DNA from: Balanoglossus misakiensis
Taxonomy: Eukaryota > Animalia > Hemichordata
Length of the DNA stretch: 64,000 nucleotides
NCBI GenBank assembly: GCA_040954595.2
Contig: CM082592.2
Coordinates: 6,365,531-6,429,530 of the forward strand
Reading direction: 5' to 3'
The position numbers and the translations under genes are program-made. Below, in pieces: positions 1 to 10,600 of the stretch. The notes below the pieces were generated by a model. The model was not told where the DNA came from and ran no database searches. It worked only from the letters and a program-made list of their open reading frames with translations. The stretch's first letter is position 1, and each line of letters starts with the position of its first letter.

Positions 1-58
1 TTTAGCTAACAGTAAAGATGTGATCGAAGTTTCATATTTTGTGTTGTGTTGATGACAG

Positions 59-832
59 ATTCAGTACAAGTTGCTGAACAACAAGGGTTACATCTTCTAT
101 GAGTTGACGGCGTTCTCCAACACCTGGTCAAATCAGAGGAAGAAGAGGAGGGAGGCACAGCGAAAGGGGAGGGAAGTTCCGCCGGAGAAAAGGTTGAAGA
201 TGGACGAACAGGATAGGATGGACGGTGATCGTGGCGGAGAAGGCAGAGGTGTGAATGGCAAAGGAGAGGGATTCTTGGATGGCGGAGACAAGGTGTGTGA
301 TGGAATGGAGCAGAGTGAGAAGGCTGGAGCAGTTTCGGCACACGGCGATGATACATCTCGGAGAGGGGACGGTGAGAGAGTTCAGTCTGAGACCAGCGCA
401 GGGGAGAAGGAACACTTGTCCGGACAAAGCTGTGTAGCAGATGGAAGCTCAGGGAAACGTGGTGAGGAGGGAGCAGATTCCACAAAGCGTGTCGCAGTCA
501 GCGAAGGTACTGAACAGTCCAGTACAACGAAAGAACAGTCTCCACAGGGCGGCCACACAGAGAGCTCAACAGCCGCTGAAAATAGAAATACATGCAGACG
601 TTCTACATCTGCAACTGCACACGCACAACGCCCGGACTCTGCGGCAGAGAGCGGATCCTCCGACTCGGAACACCCACTGTTGAAGTGCACGCTGACAATC
701 AAGAACGTCAACAAGGAGGTCGTCATGGAGATGAAGTTCCTTGAGGGGAAAGGTCGCGACCTGATCCACCAGGTGGCACAGTACTTCAAGAACCAGTTTC
801 CCAAGAGAATCCAGCTGTCACCAGCGAGATAG
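59..832 (+). CDS. METTL16: RNA N6-adenosine methyltransferase METTL16, terminal coding exon (end of VCR1, acidic disordered linker, VCR2); gene begins before the window
   Basis: Acceptor ...gatgacag|ATT at 58/59 opens IQYKLLNNKGYIFYELTAFSNTWSNQRKKRREAQRK, resembling human IQHKRVPC...LFLTAIENSWIHLRRKKRERVRQ. The C-terminal LLKCTLTIKNVNKEVVMEMKFLEGKGRDLIHQVAQYFKNQF resembles human LFKCLINVKKEVDDALVEMHWVEGQNRDLMNQLCTYIRNQI. Stop TAG at 830-832. Confidence 0.88.
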   Translation: MQYKLLNNKGYIFYELTAFSNTWSNQRKKRREAQRKGREVPPEKRLKMDEQDRMDGDRGGEGRGVNGKGEGFLDGGDKVCDGMEQSEKAGAVSAHGDDTSRRGDGERVQSETSAGEKEHLSGQSCVADGSSGKRGEEGADSTKRVAVSEGTEQSSTTKEQSPQGGHTESSTAAENRNTCRRSTSATAHAQRPDSAAESGSSDSEHPLLKCTLTIKNVNKEVVMEMKFLEGKGRDLIHQVAQYFKNQFPKRIQLSPAR

Positions 833-1905
833 TACTACAGCGATTTATAGATTTTTTGGCATGGTTCATGCAGTTACTGTGGTCATGTTTTTTTACTGTA
901 GACATTTAAGGACTCATTATGACTGAAGGTCAGTCAATCCAGGACGTGTTTATGCATAAGCCAGCAGTGGTCTCTTTCCATTTGTCAAATATTGCATTGT
1001 ATAACGGGGAGGGGGATGGGACACACATATTAATCGAAGACGATGACCAAAATTGACTTGGGCAAAGACACTATTGGATTGACTTGTTTTCAAGGCAGTA
1101 CAGCACTGCCTATCACACTTCCTGCTTTGAGTTAAGACCCCTGCTTGCCAAGCAGTAATATTTTTTTAGTCGCCCATTTACAGTTTTAGTACATAGTATT
1201 TGTTTAGCTTGTTACATTCAGTACAGATATTTGAATTTAATGGCTTATACGCTGGGTGCATATACCCTCATTGTTTGATCAAAGTTTCAACCCGGAAGTG
1301 TTTCCGAAATCCTCATTAACCCATGAATACATACCACAATGATTTGTGCAATGTTTCAACATACATTACTAATTTATGAGATTTTTTCCTTCATTTCAAG
1401 AAGTACTAATGTAAAATCTCTTCAGTGTTTTCTCATAAAATCTGAATGGGAAGCAAATCAGTATTTATGTTCATATAATAATTATACAGAAATTTCAGTT
1501 TCATATCCTTTCTGGTTTATTGTGTTTTCAAAGAAAGATAAATTTATCACAGAAGTGTTTTTAAAACCGTTATTTATACAGAAGACATTTTACTTCCATA
1601 GGTCAAATACCCGTATACATTATTTATAAGATGTTATTTCAACTTTCACTGACATTCCAACTTTTTACCCCTCCCCTTCACAGAGACATGTCTTAGATGT
1701 CTGATCTATATACAGCCACCCCACTGCTTGGTTCAGAGAAATTTTACTGTTGTTATTTTGGCTTCATATCTTTTCTTACATGTCTGTTGCTTTTGACAAT
1801 AAAAACACATCTTGTGTACATTGCACCACATGGATGTCTGTCTGCGTTGTCACATGCAAAAGTGCACCACCACATGTACTTGACTTAATTAGTTGTGAAG
1901 TTTAA

Positions 1906-2082
1906 AGGTACAGGGTCACCTCAAATTTACATATGTCCATAATTGGCTAAATTGGTGTATTTGAGTGTTCTAAAGAATGGTGGGCTGTTTTTTGCATGTG
2001 CCAACCACTGGAAATCTGTGATTGGCTGGATCTCAGTTTCCAAGGTAACTGTAGCTAAACTTGCATAGGTGGCCATATACCT
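1906..2082. mobile_element. Non-autonomous MITE, ~175-bp TTAA-flanked Kolobok-like family, copy 1 (diverged)
   Basis: TTAA|AGGTACAGGGTCACCT...AGGTGGCCATATACCT|TCAA. The internal sequence aligns with the copy at 23734-23907 (gagtgttctaaagaa, tgtgcca.ccactg.aaatctgtgattgg, ggtaactgt.gctaaa). Confidence 0.75.
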
Positions 2083-2408
2083 TCAAAGCTCTAAGAAATA
2101 CCGGTATAGGCAATTGTGCTATTGAAATCGATCTGCCATTCTTCCAGGGTCATTGCTGACTGACATACGCCACCAACGACAAGGAACTGACCAGCAACCT
2201 GTTGAAGGCCTGCGTCTCCGATGAAAGTTTGCCAGTTTGGGTTTATATTAGACCCACAGTCTCTCTTGGTGGACTGTGTTAGATCACGGTTACTAGATCT
2301 ATATACCACTGAAATACAGCTGTTACTATCGTTTGATGTTATTATTGGGTCTTTCTGTAGAAATATGAACAACATGTCGATAGACAGTATTAAAACTGTA
2401 CACTTACA

Positions 2409-2450
2409 CTCACACACACACACACACACGCGCGCGCATACATACATATA
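2409..2450. repeat. (CA)n/(CG)n/(TACA) microsatellite
   Basis: cacacacacacacacacacgcgcgcgcatacatacatata. Confidence 0.8.
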
Positions 2451-2855
2451 CCTAAACCGACGCAATTAAAATCCTAGCAAGACAACCAGCTGTTACACCT
2501 CGATACAATCTACACTATAAATGTACATTTTAATATAACAGCTGATGTATACTAAATGTACATCCACGTCGTAAGCTCAAGGCAGCCGCATGGTTCGACA
2601 TACCACCAGCAACATCTATGCAGCCACGCAGAAAATGGACAATTATTTTTGTGTACCATACATGGCTTGCTGCTCGAGTACCCCGTGTGAATATATAAAC
2701 GGGCCATATATAAATAGCAGACCGTATCAGATCAGATAACGAATTCAAAGTCTAGTGCTATCGCAACGTACACTGATAGTGGACACGTTTGGGTGTTTTA
2801 AATTGTCAGCAGTCAATATTGTACAACATTACTTTAACTTGGACCGTCAGCTAGT

Positions 2856-5260
2856 ATGGTCAGACGAAGCCGCCAATGGAAATTACTTCACACGATCCAC
2901 AGGACAGAACCGCCGAACATGGAGCAAAAATTATTCTCCGCGTTCATTTTGGTGTGGTTTATTCTCATACTGGCTTTCGTTGTGTGTTATCCAATGGCAG
3001 ACATCAGAACGCTGTCATCGGTAAGTAAAGATTACCGCATAGATACTTGTGTTGTACAGTATGAACAGTATGTACAGTAGAATGATGTCGTTTATAGGCC
3101 CACGGGCGTTATAGAATTGAATGTAACAAATTCCATACTCTATGTGATCGCTGTATGTATATTGGATGGGCATTACTGGAAATTTTCATCAAGTATTTCT
3201 GGTATAATTTTAGTGAGGGAGTGACCCATGTGCACATATAACGTTTGCGAATATTTGCATTCACAATTATGTCAACAGTTTTTATCTTGGGTATATGTTT
3301 ATGAGGTGCCGTTTGTAAACTTATGATTTTGGGCTGACTATATTATTTGTACAAAAGTAATTATTTAACACTCTTATACAATGTATGTACATGTATATTA
3401 TTAATTATATGTAAATCATGCAAGACTCACTTTACAGACATGAATTTGTTTAATCCGCACAGGGTCGGGATGGAGAGATGGATGTCAAAAACCGTACGTT
3501 ATTCGAGAGACCACTGCAAAACCAAACGCAAGCGCTGTTGCTAGGCAGTCAGGATATTGCCACCACAGTCTCAGATACGACTTTGTCAACGCCGCCAAAC
3601 GTTCTGGAAACCTTTGATGAAGGAAACATAACTCTTGAGACAAGTGACACACCTTTACAGTACGGACGTCGATATCTAATGGTGGTCTTTGCAAACCCCA
3701 ACTCGGGTCCGCAGAATGAATACAGGCGTCTAAGGGCCGGACTAGCACTCGCGTTAATGCAAAATCGCACTTATGTGCCGCATCCGTTCAAAGTCCATGC
3801 CACGCAGACGACAGGTGTGCAAAAAAGACATTTTGGCGAAACTTTTGATCTCCCTCGGCTGAGAGAGATTTTGACTATAGAAAAACGCCATAATTTCTAC
3901 GAAGACTGTGCTGGAAACTTGACCATTTACAACGACCATTCTTCTTTAAACATTTCGTCTTTTGTAGGATCTTTTACAGGCCCTGAAAACATGCAAATTT
4001 TAAACAAAGGCTGTAAACCTTATGAAAAGTGCATACAAAAAATTGACAACACTCAGTGCTTGGTGATAGTAGATCCTTTGGATTTTCTTCGTTGGAACCC
4101 GATTGAAATACCAGAAAAGGTATATTTACGCGTAGATTCACATCTCGTCCGAGCCCCTATCATCCGGGACATTGCCGATGTTGCCACGGAAACCATTTGT
4201 GGAGGGAAGCCATTTCTTTTGTTTCACTGGCGGAATAAGACAGGCGAAATGTAAGTAAATTAGGAATTGGTCTTTTCATCTCTTCAGGATTAATATACTA
4301 TCAACTACATGTACAATATTTAAAAGAAATTCTAATTAGAACAAAGTGAAAAACTGGTTGACTCAAACATCATTCAACATGGTAGAAATATTTCATCAGA
4401 GCCGTCAACTTGGTTCATTCACCATTCGTGGACAATCAGCTAAACTTTTGTTCATCTTCTGTTTAATAGTTGCGAAACGGATAACAAATCAACGGGGATG
4501 TGCGATCCTCGACTGCTCAGCCTTGTTGATTATGGCGAGGAAATTTCCACCAGCCTGAGGAAAATCATGCGAGAAAAGAACGCAGACTGTATTTATCTGT
4601 CGTACCCGCCATTTTCACAGGTATGTAGGCTCATGAGTATTCCCCTCGAGGACCCATAGTCAATCACGATTTTTTCCCTTTAGTAAGAAAGTTAAGACAC
4701 TGTTTACTTCATTGCTTTTCTAGCTGCTATGTACATGTATACATTTTTATTATTACTTATATTTTCCCATGTGTTTATTTTTCAAACGTAAAACTCTCAC
4801 TTTGGGCGCGACGAAACAAATTCATTATTTTCCTTGTCTTTCAGATGATGTCACAAATCCTGCGCACGTTTTCAAAACACGTTTTTACCAAAGAAGACCT
4901 CTTTCGATACATCCCAAAATTTAAGAAATACAAGGACGATAATTATATTGTATCCTTGGTGGAACAAGAAATTGCAATACGTGAGTGGCAAAAAAGTCTT
5001 GTTATATATTCAGGGCTTACACTTGTATTTACACACGGAGGCCATTGCAGTCACACATTGTCATTTCCGAGCTGTACTGCATAAATCTGCATAATTTATT
5101 GTTTTTGTTTAACACAGGTGCAGACTACTTCATTGGGAGCAGCTCATCTGGATGGTCCCTGATGACGAGTTACGCTAGACTGGCCAGTGGCAAAGAAACA
5201 TTGTGGGTCAAATCTCTGACGGATCTGCCTGAACAGCTGTGTTTCATAAACAGACGGTGA
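2856..5260 (+). CDS. GDP-fucose O-fucosyltransferase-family (O-FucT, GT-B fold) type II membrane protein, ~460 aa (439 aa if started at ATG 2919)
   Basis: Exons 2856-3020, 3463-4250, 4470-4620, 4845-4980 and 5118-5260 are all GT-AG, frames are compatible and total 1383 nt. There is an N-terminal hydrophobic anchor (LFSAFILVWFILILAFVVCY). POFUT-like motifs: SGPQNEY..ALALMQNRTYVPHPF (cf. GRFGNQ..AKLLNRTLAVPPW), FHWR (cf. HLR) and SLVEQEIAIRADYFIGSSSSGWS (cf. ADHFIGNCVSSFT). Confidence 0.8.
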
Positions 5261-6190
5261 CCAAATAATGACAAAGTGTCGTGGCAAACCCTGCACTGCT
5301 CTAACATTTAGAGCTGCCATTTTGAGAGCTGTATTCCAGACGCTGGGTTCCAAACAAAGATTTTTTAACGAAATTTTGGTATGGCAACATGCACAAGTAA
5401 AAAGTGGCCACCACACAACTATCATAATTTTACTGCATTTTATTTCCAACCACGTCGTGAAAGTGTTTTTCTCCATCTCGCTCAATAATTCTGCATTTGT
5501 CTATTTTTGTGCATCAATAACACACAAAGTTGGAAGGACGAAAACACATCACTGTCATATAAATGAAATTATTTTTCTTTTTTTAGCAGTATTTGAAAGA
5601 TACAGAATGAGATCACCTCAAACGGATTGGCAATGCTGACCTTGAGTGACCTTGACTAATTGGTCTTGTCAGCATAGCGATTCTGTTTCCAAGGAAGTCT
5701 TCATACAATAATACACAAAGGGTTACTTTAAAATGGGGGCCATCAGTGTTGTCTAATTCACATGTCTGATGTACTAATCTTTCCATCCCTCCTGTCTTCA
5801 ATGCAATTGCAACACTGATGGCCCCCAAGCAGCAGAAAAATAAATTGATACATTCATAGTACACGTTACTATACTGGATGTACGTGACGTTTCTGTTTAA
5901 AGCAGGTGTTGTTTGCAAGAAATGGGTGTTGTAGCGATGGTATAGAAGTGTAGTTGGGTGGGGCTTTGTTAACTGCAATGCATGACCTTTGACCTGGCCA
6001 ACACACGAACATTTGCAAAGGTTTCCTAACGCGTGCCACGGTTTGGGGGAATGGTTAATAGAGCCTGCTGTTACTGGAGAAAATTTGACAGAAATGGAGG
6101 AATCGGCAAACAAGTCTGGTTCACACATGACGACCGCACTCTCCGAATGATGAGAGTCTCACTGGCCAATGGTTTTCCTTCTGTTGTGGA

Positions 6191-7649
6191 CTACTCGTAT
6201 TTATCGTAGTATCTTTGCCTTCCTTGTTGACGACGTCCTGTGCAGAGAGATTAACAAGCATCAAATGTAACTCTAATCCACATAAAAAATTTAAAAAAAG
6301 GTAAATATTTTAATTTCCAACATCCTGCATGCCAAACTATTCATAACACGAAATATTAATTATAGAAGCTCCTTGGAAGTGTGGCTATTTTCTAGTAATG
6401 GTGAATTGTTTGGCAAAATTGTCCCCCTACTCTCTTTCTAGTACAGGACAAAATAAACACCGGAAAACTCGGGAGGAGCATTGGGAAAGGGATCCTGCGA
6501 CTTACCGTGAAAAGATTGCTGATGGCCGTGATGGTCACGACCATGGCCGTGACCTTGGTGGCCGTGGCCGTGACCATGACCATGACCATGTCCGTGTTGC
6601 TGGTTTTGCCGGTGGAACATTCCCTGCTTCATTTCCATCAGCCGTTCGTTGTTCTCCACGAGTATCTGCACTTTCTCGGAACACTGCAGAGACAGGTTCT
6701 GGAGACGGGTGGGTTCACAGCGATGCATGACCACACAGTGACTGGGCTGATCCAATGAAGCCTGTTTGCCAATTAAAATGAAGTGACACATTCATAGGAA
6801 GAGAGTTCAACTCTACAAACTCTCGCGAAACATTTCAAGAAGCTATATAATCCACATATTGAAAACAGACCCTAGATTTACACACATACTCAATCTTACC
6901 ATGAGTTCTTCATTGATGATCATTTTACTGATGATGCTATGTACAACAGCTTCTTCTAGATCAAACATTTCAGCTAACGTTACCAAACTGAAACACAAAA
7001 CAAAACAAACCTCACATGTTAGCAGAATAAAACATTACGGCTAAATCTGTTACTAACAAGGAGACACAACATCATCTCATTCGGATCTTGCCACTGTTGC
7101 ACCATCTGTAATGGACGTAACATTTTAAGAAAATTCAGTCTCACCTTAATGATTCATAAACACTTCCATATGTAAACAGGTAAGTTCGAAGACTCTCTTC
7201 TTGAATTTTTCTGAGAAAAAAAAATCAATCAATATTTCCAGAGATGCACACTTTTTAGATTTTCATACTTGACTTCTGACGAAAAATGGGAAAAGCTGGG
7301 ATCATTTTTTTCTCAAGTTGGCAAGAAAAAAAAATTATGGCAACTTACTTGACAATGAGTTTCTTTACTCTCTCCTTCTCCGGAAACAAGTTCCACACTT
7401 TGGCGTTCATCTTGTCGTTGATGAGGAAATTCATGCACCCTTTCCAGTCTCCATTCTTCATGGCCTTGGAAGCGGCCACCACATGCTCTCTCATACTCTC
7501 CGGTGGGCCCAGCAATGGTTGTCGTTCACTCAGTCTCAGCTGGTGGTGAAAACTCTTGCTGATCATGCGACGACGGGTATCAAATTCATGTGCTGTGACA
7601 AAAAAATACAAAAACAGTGTACAATATTTTCACTTATGCTCAATAACCA

Positions 7650-7680
<31 letters not shown>

Positions 7681-10600
7681 TGTATGTATGTATGTATGTA
7701 TGTATGTATGTATGTATGTATGTATGTATGTATGTATGTATGTATGTATGTATGTGTGTATGTGTGTATGTATGTATGTATGTATGTATGTATGTATGTA
7801 TGTATGTATGTATGTATGTGTGTGTATGTATGTGTATGTATGTGTGTGCGTGCGTGTCACCTGGAATTCATACAGGTTACAGTACAAACAGGGCAAAACA
7901 CAGCCATGCAAATGCACACATTCCAATTTACGCATTTCCCCAGGCGTACTGCTTTGTAATTGTGATTTCTGATGTCTGCAAAACACAATAGCAATCTGCA
8001 CACGACATTTTCTAGTCTCAACTCTCTGGAATTGGCTGGGAGAGGGAGGAGGGGGGGGGGGACAGGGCAGCGTTCTTACCTGCCATGTAGGGTATCTCCA
8101 GCAGCATAGCAGACACTAAGTAGACGCATTCCAACAATTCCAGATTGATGTGCATATGGAAGGGCATCTGCCGCCTCTTCTCAATCTTCTCCTGTTCCGC
8201 GTTCCGGTCGGCCATGGAGCGCATCAAGAGACCCTGGGCGAGAAGCTCCTTGGCCCGCCCGCCACTCTGTATGTCCAGCAACGCGTTGTGGGCGTCGCGG
8301 ATGTTGCCTTGTCTGAAGGCGCACAGGCCCAGCTGCACCATGCTCCTGTTGTAACAAATCTACGGGGAAAAAAACCCGAATAAGGATTATGTTAATAAAT
8401 GCAAACAGCATCCCTACGTCTCATGATCAGAACATATCATATGATGGATCAAGAGATTTCATTGGAATGGCAGTGAAATACTCCAGACTGATCATACCTG
8501 TGTAGGTACATCGGCGTGCTGGATTGTGTCCTGGAGATGGGACATCAACATGAGGTCCCTGGCTTCGTACCACCGGTCGTGCAGCGCATGGTGGTAGATG
8601 TGGCAGAGGATGGCGCGCGTTCTGATCCTGTCCGTCGAATCCTTGGAATAAATAAAGTTGCACATCCTGTCCATCAGCGAATAGCTATCCTCTGTTGGAG
8701 AGAATGGAAAACACCAGGTGGTCAGCAGGTGCCCTTTAGAGACAAGTCAATTGATAACCCTAACAGTGCCGAGTCAGTGGCAAACGGTGTCATTTTCATA
8801 CCCCCTGGGTTCAACTATCCTGCCACTCTGTGTCATGACACACTGTCAGGTTTTACAACCTACAGACCTTTTTCATCTTCTTCATCTTCCTTTTCTTCTG
8901 TCTCTTTGTTATCTGTTGCCTCTTCTCCATCTTTCTTGTCCACAGTGGACTCGCCAGTTCCGTCTTCCTGTTTATCGCCAGTTCCGTCTTCCTGTTTATC
9001 GCCAGACCCATCTTCTTGTTTCACGGTCTCCTTCCCAGTCTCCTTCTCCTCCTTCAGACGTCTCATTTTCTCCAAATGCTTGTAATCATACTGCGTAAAA
9101 ATTTAATGGCTCACATTGAGATAACCCAAACAGCTTTCAATGAATTCATTAACACTGTACAAGACTTACAAACCAAACCAAACAAGTTAAGAATTTTAAA
9201 GACAACCTGACATACCTTGTAATAGATGTGTTCTATATGTCTGAGAAACACACGGCAAACCTCCGAAGGGGTCCCCCTCTCATCCTGGTCCAAGTACTTT
9301 TGAAGCCGGACAACAATATCCAGAACTTTGGGTTCATCTTTCAGCCTATGATGAAAAGGAAAAAACAGACAGCTTTTGTTAAATCATTTAAAAAAAATTG
9401 AAATTCACCAGAGTTCACCTCCGTCTTGTGCCTGGACATATTAACTCAGAAAATTCTTTGAACACCGCCGATGGTGTCTTTATATACAGAAAAGTCACAC
9501 TTGCAGACAAGGTTAGTAATGAAGTTAACTGGAATTACCTTTCCACATATTCATAGGAATGGGCATCACAATTCTGCAACATTTTGTAATACTCTTCCTC
9601 CATCCTTTCAACCTTGGTGAGTATACAGCCACGGATTCTGTACGGGATGTTAGGGTTCTGAAATACACAAGAATTATTAATTCCTGTTTCTAAAATAGTT
9701 ATTTCTAATAAGGTCAGCCAAAATATTGTTTTGAAGTGTTTTCATGTTTTTACTCATGAACAACTGACCAGTGATAATACTTCATTGAGCACACCAATGT
9801 AAAATAATACCTAATAATAATACCTCAAAATTTTCATTTTCTTCAATTATGTTCTCGCCAACCATAATATTAGGATTCGCTACCAGCAAGTCAAGTGTTT
9901 CCGACACGTACTTGAGACACCTGCAAGAATATAACACAGTAGGGACTAGGGTTAGGTCATGCTTTTTTTAGAGTTGGCAAGAAAATCAAGAACAGTACGG
10001 CAACCATGATTGATGTTTTGTTATATATGCCTCACAAAGAACATAAAAGTGCTATCTCAAGTGCAATGGTAACTTACGCTTCCCACATTTCCGGTTTCAT
10101 GTTGGTAGCAATGTTAGGATTGTAGTCGTATATGGAGGCGATGAGGGCGAAGGCAATCTTGATGTCCACACCGGGTCCCAAGTTGTTCTTAGCTGCGATC
10201 TCTCGGAGTTCCTTCAACAGGGCAATCATTTCTGATCGGTCTGTGCCCCTTTTGCCCCTCGCCGACTGAATTTCGTTCATCTTTCTGATCACTACGGTGT
10301 GGTTGATCTCCACGTCCTTGTCAAACATGGCTTTGGGTTTCTGAAAACAGTAGGCAAGGGGGAAGAGATGTAAAAAACGGCAGAAGAGTTAAAAGTAACT
10401 TGATCACATCACAAGTCAATTTCAAACTTACAGCGAAAATGGGATGAACAATATTACAGGAGTCACTATGCTAGATTATAGATATTAATTTATGGAAGAC
10501 TGGGATAACATTTCACATACCTTCTCTTTGTTGGCTTTTATTCCACCCTTCACTTCTTCCCAGCCAGCTTCCTCCTCCTCTTCCATCTCTTTGGCCCTCT

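Noticed and set aside
6-804. Long minus-strand ORFs (159, 140 and 99 aa) over METTL16, and plus-strand Ser-rich ORFs over eIF3c exons
   Set aside because: Antisense shadows of low-complexity charged coding exons.
7556-8001. MYVC/HTYI repeat ORFs
   Set aside because: Artefacts of the (TATG)n microsatellite in an eIF3c intron.
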